Source: a virus
Virus record (IMG/VR): IMGVR_UViG_3300046782_000129
Span: 53,535 to 117,534 of that record
Strand: one strand, 5' to 3'
DNA: 64,000 nt
This document shows, piece after piece, positions 40,847 to 51,100 of the stretch (the stretch's first letter is position 1; each line of letters starts with the position of its first letter). The position numbers and the translations under genes are program-made. The notes under the pieces are model-generated. The model was not told where the DNA came from. It saw only the letters and a list, made by a program, of their open reading frames with translations, and ran no database searches.

Positions 40847-42926
40847 GCCGCTAAGGTGGGAGAGTGCCGTGTGCTCAGAGCGATCCGGGTAGCACGAGCG
40901 CACCGATGTTGGAGAGTGAGTCATCATCAATGAGGCGCACCGTATCTGCTGAACGAGTCGTGACATGTGAGGGTGCCAAGGTAACGAAACGAGTCTGCAC
41001 AAGTGAGCGTACCGAGTACAGTGAACGAGTCTGAGGCGAGGAAGGGTGCCGTGAACCGTGAACGAGTCTAGGTCAGAGAGCGCACCGAGATGTTTGAACG
41101 AATCGTTCCAACGGAGCGTGCCGTCCATTGCGAATGAACCGAAGCCTCCTGCCCGGAGGCCGCAGAGCGTACCTGAAGGGCGTTGAGTGAGCCGCTGAAC
41201 TACGAGCGCACCGTAGCAGTTGATCGAGTCGTGCTTCATGAGCGTACCGAAAAGCTTGGAACGAGTCATGTTGAGCGAGAGGACCGTTAGCCATGATCGA
41301 GTCGAGTTGAACGAGCGCACCATACTTGGTGAACGAGTCGTGTGGCCCCGAGGGCACCGTGATTGTTGAACGAGTCGAGAGACGCGAGAGCACCAGAATA
41401 ACTGAACGAGTCTCTTTCGGAGAGCGTGCCGCAGTATCGGAACGAACCACATGCGACGACCGCACCGAATCACACGAGTGAGTCGTTGAGTGCGAGTGGA
41501 CCGTTGTTAACGAACGAGTCGTCTAGTAAGAGCGCACCAAAATACAGGATCGAGTCGAGCAGTAAGAGCGTACCGTGGCTTAGGAACGAGTCGTAAGGAG
41601 AGACATCACGAAGCATCTGAACGAGTCGGGGCAATTGAAAGTTACGTACGGATCGAACGAGTCGTGAATGGTTAGCGTACCGAAGCATCTGAACGAGTCC
41701 TGACAGCAGTGGGTGCCGTAATGACAGAACGAGTCGTATAGGGTGAGAGTACCATCAGACGAAGAACGAGTCGTGAACGAACGAGCGCACCGTGGGAGTT
41801 GAACGAGTTGTGTCAAGCGAGGGTGCCGATCTTCTTGAACGAGTCGTGTTGACCGAGCGTGCCGTGGTTTGAGAACGAGTCTCCTATGTAGAGCGTACCG
41901 AGCCTGTTGAACGAGTCGGAATTGCGGAGAGTGCCGAGTTGTTTGAACGAGCCGCACCGATTGAGGGCACCTTAGACGTGGATCGAGTCGGGCAAAGAGA
42001 GCGTGCCGTGATAGAGGAACGAACCAAGCGTACTTGAGCGCACCGTGATCTAGGAGTGAGTCGAGCCACTTGAGTTACCCGCGAGGTTCGAACGAACCGC
42101 AAATATTGAGAAGGCCGGGACATGGGAGTGAGCCGAGACAGCCGACCAGTCACGAGATGAAGTAGCGAGTCGCTGACATACGAGGGTGCCGCGCAAGGTG
42201 AACGAGTTGGAAGCTTCAGAGGGCACCGAGACGGACGAACGAGTCGAGCCACGTGAGTGTACCCTGAGGTTCGAACGAGTCGAGACTACTGCGAGTACCG
42301 AGCTAACGGAACGAGCCATGCGAGACGAGCCGGGGATCATGATCCCACGTTGGCCATGAGCGAGTCGTGCAAGTGAGGGCATCGTCCTAGAAGAACGAGT
42401 CGTGACAGTCGAGCGCACCACCCGCAAAGAACGAGTCGAGATTTTTGAGCGTACCAAACTCATGGAACGAGTCGAAGGGTACTGAGCGTACCGATGGTAG
42501 AGAACGAGTCGAACTCACAGAGGGTACCGAGCACCACAGAACGAGTCGCATTGACTTGAGGGCACCGTTGACCGGGAACGAATCGATGAAGAAGAGCCTC
42601 CCGTAAGTGTTGAATGAGTCGAAGAGTCTGAGCACTCCGTAAGAAGCGAACGAGTCCGTGAGCAGAAGAGCGCACCGATCAAGATGAACGAGTCGTTATG
42701 GAAGAGTCCCCCGAGCTATGTGAACGAGTCGTGCCACTCGATAGTGACGAAGACACAGAACGATCCGTTGCGTTGGTGAGTGCCGGTACGTGTGAGTGAA
42801 CCGGAGTGTATGAGAGCACCGTGCTGTACGAGTGAGTCGTGTCTTAGGAGAGTGCCGACACAGTGGAACGAGTCGTAATCCGCGAGAGCACCGGGGTAAT
42901 CGAGCAGCCGCGACCACAGTGGCACC
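40823..42926 (+). ncRNA. TIGR-like dual-repeat guide-RNA array (~56-57 units, 36-nt period)
   Basis: Alternating 9-nt repeats GAACGAGTC and GAG(C/G/A)G(C/T)(A/G)CC separated by unique ~9-nt spacers, e.g. repeat starts at 40951, 40987, 41023. Confidence 0.9.
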
Positions 42927-42955
42927 GAAACTAGAGAGCGTGAAATTCATCAAGG

Positions 42956-42982
42956 AGGGCCAGCCAACGTGCTGGCCCTTTT
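42956..42982 (+). terminator. Intrinsic terminator closing the array
   Basis: AGGGCCAGC-CAACGT-GCTGGCCCT perfect 9-bp stem then TTT. Confidence 0.75.
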
Positions 42983-43081
42983 CATTGATACTGACCCTCA
43001 GCTTCCCATTGCAATCAGTTGCCAGAGGTCGTAAACTACTGACCATCCGAAATCCAAGTGTCCTCTTTGTCAAGAGGTTGT

Positions 43082-44977
43082 ATGTTGAAGCTCATAGGCG
43101 ACGGCACCACCAAGACGGAGCGGCCCGAACACAAGATCACATTCATCCAACAGGTGATCAAGGGTGAGACGTGGCTGGTCATGGCCCACTCAGCGGTGGA
43201 GCTAGAGGACGAATTTACCAGTCTGTACTATACGGCGGGCCAGCAGAACAACCTGTTCCTGATGCCGCCCTTCGAACCAAATGTGCTCTTGAATCTGGTG
43301 CAGACGAATAACGTCCTGAACCAGTGCATCGAGGCCATGGAAGTGAACATCGATGGCACGGGCCACGAATTCGTCCCCTCAGAAGAGGGGGAAGACATTG
43401 ACAAGGAAGAAGAGAAGATCGCCAAGTCGTTCTTCGATGAACCTTACCCGAACATCAGTATGGTGACGATCCGCCGCAGGCTCCGTCGCCAGATGGAGTC
43501 GGTGGGCTACGGCTTCTTGGAAGTGCTCAGAAACCTGAAGGGCGACATCGTAGGCTTGAGAACGGTGGAGACCGCCCACGTCCGCATGGTCAAGCTCGAT
43601 GCGCCCATCCAAGTCCAGAAAACCATCGAGCGTGATGGCAAGGACGTGGAGTTGACGTTGTGGGTCAGAGAACGACGCTTTGCCCAGACGGTAGCTCTCA
43701 AGCAGCAGATTTACTACCGAGAGTACGGCACGACACGAGAAATCAATCGAGATACGGGCGACTGGGAGACGGATGACAAGAAAGTGCCACCAGAGAAGCG
43801 GGGCACGGAGTTGTTCTGTCTGGGCATCAACCCTGATGTCACCACGCCCTACTGGCTCCCCCGGTGGATCAATGAACTGCCTTCGGTGGTTGGGTCACGA
43901 GCCGCCGAAGAGCAGAACCTGCAATTCTTGGACGCCGGGGGATTGCCGCCTGCCATCGTGTTCATCCAAGGCGGCACCCTGATCAAGGATACGTCTGACC
44001 AGTTGCGGATGTACCTCAGCGGCATGAACAAGAACAAGAATCGTGCGGTGGTGGTTGAGGTGCAGTCATCTTCGGGATCGTTGGATGCGGCAGGTAAAGT
44101 GGACGTGAAGGTCGAGCGTTTTGGATCGGCCCAATCACAAGACTCGATGTTCACCAACTACGATGAGGTGACTGAAGAGCACGTGCGCGTGGGCTTCAGA
44201 CTGCCACCCCTGTTCCTTGGTAAAGCGGCTGATTATAACTTCGCCACGGCACAAACGGCCTACATGGTGGCCGAGGCGCAAGTTTTCCTGCCAGAGCGTG
44301 CCGAATTCGATGAGTTGATCAACAAGACGATCATCAAAGAACTGAAGCTGAAGACGCTGAAGTTCAAGTCCAAGCCCATTACGTTGAAGGACGTGGCCAC
44401 CCAGATTCAGGCGTTGACGCTGGCCGCGCCGATGGCCACCCGAGAGTCCTTCCTGAAGGACGTCAACACGGTGAGCAGTTTGAATTTGGAGTTGGCGGCG
44501 ATGCCTCATCCGAACGTGGCTCCCGGACAGACGGCTCCCGGAGATACGATTGCGGACATTCCGCACGAGCAGCTACCTGCGGGCATGGCTCCGCCAGTGA
44601 TCACGTCTCCGCAGCCTGAACCCAAGGAACCCGAGCCACCGAAGGAGAAGGAAGAGACGCACGTCATCCTGAAGCCGGGGGATCAGATGCATCCCATCCC
44701 CAAGAAGAACCAGACCATCAAGGTGCCGCCCAAGAAGGAGAAGAAGGCCGCGAGTGAACTGATGGCGTTGACCAGAGACTACGCGGTGATTACGGGACTG
44801 TTACCCAACCTCGTGCAGAAGCAGGAGATTTCTGTGGAACGTGCTGCTGAGGTGGCCGAGGCCGTGAAGAGCTTGACACCTGATGATGCGAAGTCCTTCA
44901 ACAGTCTGTTAGCGATGTACGTCTTCGGATCAGATGATGCAGACTTGGCGACCATCGTGGCGGCGAGTCGTGGCTAA
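43082..44977 (+). CDS. Portal protein (PBSX-like) with Pro-rich C-terminal extension
   Basis: NVLNQCIEAM, GYGFLEVLRN, PYWLPRWI, NLQFLDAGGLPPAIVFIQGG, FRLPPLFLG, NFATA; head-module context. Confidence 0.88.
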   Translation: MLKLIGDGTTKTERPEHKITFIQQVIKGETWLVMAHSAVELEDEFTSLYYTAGQQNNLFLMPPFEPNVLLNLVQTNNVLNQCIEAMEVNIDGTGHEFVPSEEGEDIDKEEEKIAKSFFDEPYPNISMVTIRRRLRRQMESVGYGFLEVLRNLKGDIVGLRTVETAHVRMVKLDAPIQVQKTIERDGKDVELTLWVRERRFAQTVALKQQIYYREYGTTREINRDTGDWETDDKKVPPEKRGTELFCLGINPDVTTPYWLPRWINELPSVVGSRAAEEQNLQFLDAGGLPPAIVFIQGGTLIKDTSDQLRMYLSGMNKNKNRAVVVEVQSSSGSLDAAGKVDVKVERFGSAQSQDSMFTNYDEVTEEHVRVGFRLPPLFLGKAADYNFATAQTAYMVAEAQVFLPERAEFDELINKTIIKELKLKTLKFKSKPITLKDVATQIQALTLAAPMATRESFLKDVNTVSSLNLELAAMPHPNVAPGQTAPGDTIADIPHEQLPAGMAPPVITSPQPEPKEPEPPKEKEETHVILKPGDQMHPIPKKNQTIKVPPKKEKKAASELMALTRDYAVITGLLPNLVQKQEISVERAAEVAEAVKSLTPDDAKSFNSLLAMYVFGSDDADLATIVAASRG

Positions 44978-45485
44978 GTCTACGTTCGTCAAAGCGTTGA
45001 AGTTCAATCCCAACCACGACAAGTTGGGGTTGTTCACGTCCACAGAGGGTGGCGGTGGCGGAGCCGCCCCACCGAAGAGTGCGGCCTACAATGCGTACGT
45101 TGCCAGATACCCAAACTACCAGCCTGAGGTGGATGCATTTCTGGCGAAGAACCCTCGAAAGGGCCAGATGGATCTAGAAGTCCGAGCGCATCCAGATGGC
45201 ATCCCGAGCTACGAGTTTCAAGTGCAAGTCGAGCAAGCGGCCCACAAGCGTCTCTTGAAGGAACGTCGAGAGGCCAAAGCGGTAGACAAAGCGAAGAACA
45301 AACCCATCATCCTAGCCCAAATGAAAGAGAAATATGGGTTGGCGGTGGGGGATGCGGTCTTTGATCGAGAGACCGGAGCCAAGGGCATTGTTCGGTGGGG
45401 GAAGGATGGGCAACCCCACGTGGAAACCGCAATGGGTAAGCATCTGGTAGGCGTGCGGTGGACGAAGACCAGTGGCAAAGATTGA
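44970..45485 (+). CDS. Small tagged virion protein
   Basis: GTG overlapping portal end; ALKFNPNHDKLGLFT tag; SH3/KOW-like C-terminus. Confidence 0.6.
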   Translation: MAKSTFVKALKFNPNHDKLGLFTSTEGGGGGAAPPKSAAYNAYVARYPNYQPEVDAFLAKNPRKGQMDLEVRAHPDGIPSYEFQVQVEQAAHKRLLKERREAKAVDKAKNKPIILAQMKEKYGLAVGDAVFDRETGAKGIVRWGKDGQPHVETAMGKHLVGVRWTKTSGKD

Positions 45486-48150
45486 CCTGCGGACATACGT
45501 CCTCCTAGAGCGGTCGTTTGTCAGGCGTCTCCAACGATCATGGCGGCAGCTTTCGGCCCCCACCTACGAAGCGATTACTCAAGCCTGTACGGAGCATCAG
45601 TGGGATAAGGCGAGACGTCTCGTCCAAGACTTGGATATGACGGAAGTCGGTACCCAGAACCGCGAGTGGATTACGTACATGTTGTTGTCCTGTGCGGTCT
45701 TTGGGGCCAACATCATTGCGAAGAAAACCCCGAGCTTTGTGGGTGTCGGCAGCTTCGATACCTTCCTCAAGCAGACCACCAATAACATGCTCCAGTATCT
45801 GGAGTATACCGGCACCAGTCAGGTCCAAGCCGAAGCTCTGCAATCGATTGCCGAGGATGAAGCCAAGACCAAGGCGATCAAGCGTGATGTGTCTGGTGAG
45901 GCCCGAGATGCCCGAGGCCGCTGGACCGTTACCGGTACCTCCGAGTTCAAAGCGTGGTTCAAGGATTCGAAGGTAGTGGATGATCACGGCAAGCCACTGG
46001 TGGTCTATCACGGGAGTTTCACCGGAGGCATCGAAGCCTTTGATCCTCAAGCGACCAGTCGCTGGGGCAACAATGCGTTGCATGGGCACACGGGAGCCGT
46101 GTGGTTCTTGTCGAGTCCTGAAGCGTCGGCCCACTTCGTGGAAGACACACGCGGAGCCATTTACCCGGTCTATTTGTCTCTTCAGAATCCCTTGATCGTG
46201 GATGCCTCAAAAGAGGCGCAAAGCGACCTGTTTTTCAAAATAAAAGGTGAGAAGGTCTACGACATCACGTACATCAAAACCGATGCCCTGCGAAGAGCAA
46301 AGCAGGGTGGGCACGATGGCATCATCTTTACCCATGCGTATGATGGTGCGCCTGCGGCCCACGGCAAAGTCTATGTGGTGTTCAAGCCCGAGCAGATTAA
46401 ATCGGCCACAGGTAACGTGGGTGCGTTCGATCCCAAAGATCCACGCATCACCAAGTTCGATACCGGTCAACCCCGTGCCCCCAAAGGCTCCTCGATTGGT
46501 GGCCAGTGGGTGGGGAAGGTGGGCATTCACGATGATGGGACGGTGACGCTCCTGCATGGCACCTCTGACCTGAATGCCCGCGCCATTTTGAGAGAAGGCT
46601 TCAAGGCAGGCCAACCGCAAGCGGTGGCCCGCGCCATCGAGCAGGAGTACCACCTCCCTGAGAACTCCGTCCTGCACAACGAAGCATTTTCGTTTGCGAG
46701 GCATCGCCGGGATCTGGACAATGCGTGGTTTACGACTAACGAATGGACGTCTGATCAGTATACGGTGCCTGAGGTCCTTCAAGATGCCCTGACCGCTGCA
46801 TGGATCGTGCAACACCCACAGGATGAGGATGCCCTAGAGAAGGTCGTGGGACCCTCCCGACGAGAGTGGGTGAAGCGAGAGGCCGCACGCCTGACTCAAC
46901 CCAGAACGCTGGCCATCACGGTCCCGTGGGACGTGGTGGGCAAGCATGCATTTGGTCGCGTGTTGACGTTGGAGGAATTCAAGAAGGCTGGGCTGACGAG
47001 CGAGGATCTGTACAACGTCTCCCTCCCTGTTACGGCCCTGAAAAATATCAAAGCCAGTGTCTATAAGTTCGATCCTAGTGAACCACGAGATGAAAAGGGA
47101 CGATGGTCTATTGAAGGCGGAGGTCCAGAGCGGGCCAAGTGGGCAAAGCTGAACCAAGCGGCGATTGATGCGGGTGACGCAGAGTGGGAGGCACGAGACA
47201 CCCACGTGAAAATAGCAACCGCCCTAGAACAGAAGTACCCCGGCGTGAGATATACGGATTATGAGAACGTAGATTTCGAAAAGTACCACACGTCACAACT
47301 GAAGGCATTACAAGCCGCGAGGGCGTTAGAGAAAGCTGAGAAGGCTGTCAAGATTCAAGAAGTTCCCATGCAGGAAGAAGTTGTTCGAAATCTTGCGTCT
47401 GGGGTAGCGAATCAACTGCACGCCAATCCGTCAATTATCGACGTGGTTCACAAAGATCCCCGAGAATTCGCGGTGGGAGACAAGACCTTTACTGAAGGCG
47501 GGCACTTTACACCAAGCACGGGACGCATTGAATTGAATGCTCAGGTCATTTCCTATGGGGATGCACCGGGAGTGAAGGGTATTGCGGCCCACGAGTTATC
47601 TCATGCGATGTACGATGCGTTGAGAAAAGCTCATGATGCAGAGTTCAGTCGGTATCTCGAAAAGGCCACCACGCCTGATGGTCAGCATCATAGTGCGTGG
47701 TACCATGAACGTTTTGAAAAAATTCCCGGCACGAATTGGTCAGACCTCAAACCTCAGTATCGTCAAGAGTTTGAACAAGATTACCCCGCGACTGCGGTGC
47801 TCTCAAAATTATCTGAAGGCAAATTCTTTACGGGCATTGCTCAATCCATGGTCGATGAGAATGGCCACAGTGCCTACGCCAAATCCTATTGGACCCCTGA
47901 AGCCCGAGCCGCCCGTGGGCATACCTACGATTCGGCCATTAACGAGACCGTGGCAGAAGTGACTCGGTATCTGACCTACCCCAAATCATGGAGTGAAAAG
48001 ACCACGCCCTCTCCTACGTCTCCATGGGTCGATTTTACTAAAGCGTTGCATGCGTGGTATGCGGAACGGCAGGACAAGGCGAAGGCCCAACGTCAAGTGG
48101 ATCTGGACAGTTGGAATGCCATTCTCAGGAGAATGGAGGCCAATCCATGA
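45472..48150 (+). CDS. Multi-domain effector: helical N-terminus, ART-PolyVal-like domain, second ART-like domain, zincin
   Basis: FKAWFKDSKVVDDHGKPLVVYHG...VYLSLQNP...GHDGII...FKPEQIKSATGN; LLHGTS..ILREGF; HELSH; three tags. Confidence 0.8.
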   Translation: MAKIDLRTYVLLERSFVRRLQRSWRQLSAPTYEAITQACTEHQWDKARRLVQDLDMTEVGTQNREWITYMLLSCAVFGANIIAKKTPSFVGVGSFDTFLKQTTNNMLQYLEYTGTSQVQAEALQSIAEDEAKTKAIKRDVSGEARDARGRWTVTGTSEFKAWFKDSKVVDDHGKPLVVYHGSFTGGIEAFDPQATSRWGNNALHGHTGAVWFLSSPEASAHFVEDTRGAIYPVYLSLQNPLIVDASKEAQSDLFFKIKGEKVYDITYIKTDALRRAKQGGHDGIIFTHAYDGAPAAHGKVYVVFKPEQIKSATGNVGAFDPKDPRITKFDTGQPRAPKGSSIGGQWVGKVGIHDDGTVTLLHGTSDLNARAILREGFKAGQPQAVARAIEQEYHLPENSVLHNEAFSFARHRRDLDNAWFTTNEWTSDQYTVPEVLQDALTAAWIVQHPQDEDALEKVVGPSRREWVKREAARLTQPRTLAITVPWDVVGKHAFGRVLTLEEFKKAGLTSEDLYNVSLPVTALKNIKASVYKFDPSEPRDEKGRWSIEGGGPERAKWAKLNQAAIDAGDAEWEARDTHVKIATALEQKYPGVRYTDYENVDFEKYHTSQLKALQAARALEKAEKAVKIQEVPMQEEVVRNLASGVANQLHANPSIIDVVHKDPREFAVGDKTFTEGGHFTPSTGRIELNAQVISYGDAPGVKGIAAHELSHAMYDALRKAHDAEFSRYLEKATTPDGQHHSAWYHERFEKIPGTNWSDLKPQYRQEFEQDYPATAVLSKLSEGKFFTGIAQSMVDENGHSAYAKSYWTPEARAARGHTYDSAINETVAEVTRYLTYPKSWSEKTTPSPTSPWVDFTKALHAWYAERQDKAKAQRQVDLDSWNAILRRMEANP

Positions 48151-51100
48151 CTCCTGAACCCATCACTATCGACGGACGATCAGGTACGGTGGTCTATTTG
48201 GACGCCGACTGGCACCCTGTGTCGCCCGAGCAGGCGACGATGGCGAGAGTGCTGTTCGATGATGGTGGCAGTGCGTTTTATGTAGCCCAAGAGCCGAAGA
48301 CCCAGCCCGAAGGTCTCGGGGGCATCACCAGAAAGTTCGATGCCGCCCTCCACCCCCGAGGGGAGGATGGACGATTCATCGAGGCTACGCAGCCACGCAT
48401 CTTCAACAAGACTTCAGACGTCGGGTCGTACATGAGTTGGGGTGAGAAGAAGTGGGGGTGGCTCCCGACTCAGGAAGACATTGAAAAGTTTGGCTACCCT
48501 CCGGGTCAACCCACTGGGAGGTTACTCACAGGGGTGCCCTTGTCTCGTGAGCAGCTTCCAGAGACGCTGTACCACGTGACCACCAATGCTCCAGCCGTCG
48601 AGTCGTCTGGCGTGCTGTTGGGGTTGTTGGAGAGTGGAGGACTGGGAGGCGGGCAGGCTCAAGGCGTGTCCTTCACCACCAGTAAAGAAGATGCCCGAGT
48701 CATTCAACGAGAATTGACTCGATCTGTAGCCATTGCCCGTGGTGAGGTGGACGAGAAGGCATTTGAACAGTGGGCACGAGCGGATGAAAAGGAAGCGGGA
48801 TTACCAGAGGGTTCGCTAGACTACGCGACGAAAAATGCCCTGCAACAGTGGGAAGGTAACAAGCACATTTTGCGAGGGAACTACGTTTCAGGAAAGGGCT
48901 ACACGGAAGAAGCTCCCTACACACCAGAGGAACACGAGCGCATTCGTCGCAGTGTGATGAAGGACGTGTTCAATTCATATTTGTGGGCACGAGAAACCGC
49001 TGCTGAAAAGGCCACAGGCCACAAGGTGGAAAGTCTCAAGAACCCCATCTTATTTGGGCAGCAGGAGCATTTGGCCAAACTCAAGCCAGAAAATGTCCAG
49101 ATCCTAGAAATCCCTTCGGCTCAAATCCCTGCCGGGGCACTGGTGACCACAGGATCCGACAAGTTTCTCCACGAGGTGCGGGCGTACTCGGATGTCCCCT
49201 TGTTAAAGAAGCTGCACTCAATTGCCAAGTTTGATCCCAATCAACCTCGTGATCCCGCAGGCGTGCCAACTGGCGGGCAATTTACGAAGGATATCGCGTC
49301 TGATCCGGCTCTTGCTGAGCAGGCCACGGCGGGCATCGCAGCGGTCGAGAAGTTGATTCCACAAGCCACGAAGTCGGTGGGACAGCCAAACGACTGGACT
49401 GAGTTGAAAGAGGATATGAAGACCGCCGTCTATCAGAAGTGGACAACAGACACCTTAGCTTCACATCCCCAGATGTCCGATGACGATGTGTATGAGGAGT
49501 GGCACGACAGATATAGCAACAAAGACAAGTGGGATATTGCTCAAGATTATCTTGGGAAAGGCACGATTACACTTCCAGAACTCAAGGGGCCTGAACGTTG
49601 GGTGACCGGAGTGGAGACGGGTTCGAAGAACGATAGTAACTACGCTCTCACCCATGCTATCGCGGTACGACTGACCGAACTCCGCACGGATGAAATTCGA
49701 AAAGAACGTGGATTGTTAGGACAGCCCACAGAGACGCCGAAGTATTCATATACGATTGTTGACCAGTCGGTGGAAAAGGGGCCGCTCAAGAAGTTGAATT
49801 TTGTCATTTACGATGAAACAGGTAATGCCATTGGGGCCTCTAATACGATGGAGCAAGCCAAAATCAACGCCGAGGAGTGGTTAAAAGGCACGCACGGCAA
49901 TCCCCCACAATCTCCTATCAGTTCACGAGAACTGATTTCTGATGTGTGGGAAGCGTGGAAGACAAAATCGAGTGAAGGTTTGGGGCTGTCTTTGCAGTTG
50001 GCGGCAGCACGAGAACTTGGTGGTGTCCATCGAATGACCCCGGAAGAAGTGAAGGATGCTGAGGACTATGCAAGTTACCACGGAGGGATGGCCACCCTTC
50101 AAGCCTATGTCCGAGCGCAATGGGAAGTCACCCAGACCGTCATGAAGAAGGCAGGCGAAGACAAGCTCGATGTTTATCGAGCGATCATGTTGCCGGGAGA
50201 GAAAGTCAATAATACGACCAATCTTACGCTAGATTTGAACAAGAGAGCGGCCCCGTCCCCGCCTTCAGACATCAAGGAACTCATCAATCCGACCTCGCAG
50301 AGACCCGTGGTGCAATTTAATTTTGACGGCGAACGTTTTGCTGTGCAGAAGCTACAGATCGCCCAAAGATGGCAAGACCTTGAGAAGCCGGTGCAAGAAA
50401 AGGTCTTTGAACAGTGGATGAAGGATGCGTCAAATGTGTCGGTGCAGGGGGTGACTGCGGAAAAGGCGAAGAGTTTGAGTCAGCACCTCTTTGAAAATTT
50501 GTCTGGAGAGCAGAAGTTTGGACTCGTCAACGTGTATATCAGCCGTGGGGACATTGAGGGGCCAGAACGACCACTCTATAGGAATGAGAGTACGGAAGAA
50601 GCGATCAAACGTCGGGTGGACAAGTACCTTGAAACTGCCCACCCCCCAAACATCGCCACGAAATTACCTGACCTTCAGTTACAACGAGCAGGCGCACAGT
50701 CCACAACAGGGACCAGATCGGTGGCCAATGACTGGCAGGGTGTGGGGAGTCTTCCTCCTGATCCAGTGCGTGTCGTCCTTCGCATCGAGGCCCCATCTAC
50801 CTCCGTTTTATCCTTGCCGGTCTACGGCAAGAACATTGTCGGAGAACACGAATCTGTGGTCGTGGGTACCAAGGATAAATGGCTCTGGGATGCTTGGCGG
50901 AACCAAGCTCCGTCTTTTATGGATGTGTCAGTGACAGGCAAACCAATTGAGAAGGGTCCGCTGGTGATGGATTGGGGGAAAGCGGTGGATTACGATACCC
51001 AAGAAGCTCTCAAGGCTGAAAAGACATCGTTGGTGGTCGATCTGCAAGCCGAGGATCGTGGCAAACCCCACTGGATGACTGGTATAGACTGGGGCAAACC

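Noticed and set aside
40823-42926. CRISPR array
   Set aside because: Repeats and spacers are ~9 nt, two repeat types alternate, and no cas genes are present
40823-42926. Self-targeting of array spacers within the window
   Set aside because: Could not be assessed reliably by eye; single 9-nt matches are expected by chance, so a paired-spacer search is needed
40712-43167. Minus- and plus-strand ORFs across the array
   Set aside because: Artefacts of a period divisible by three; frequent 1-nt irregularities break frames and there are no RBSs
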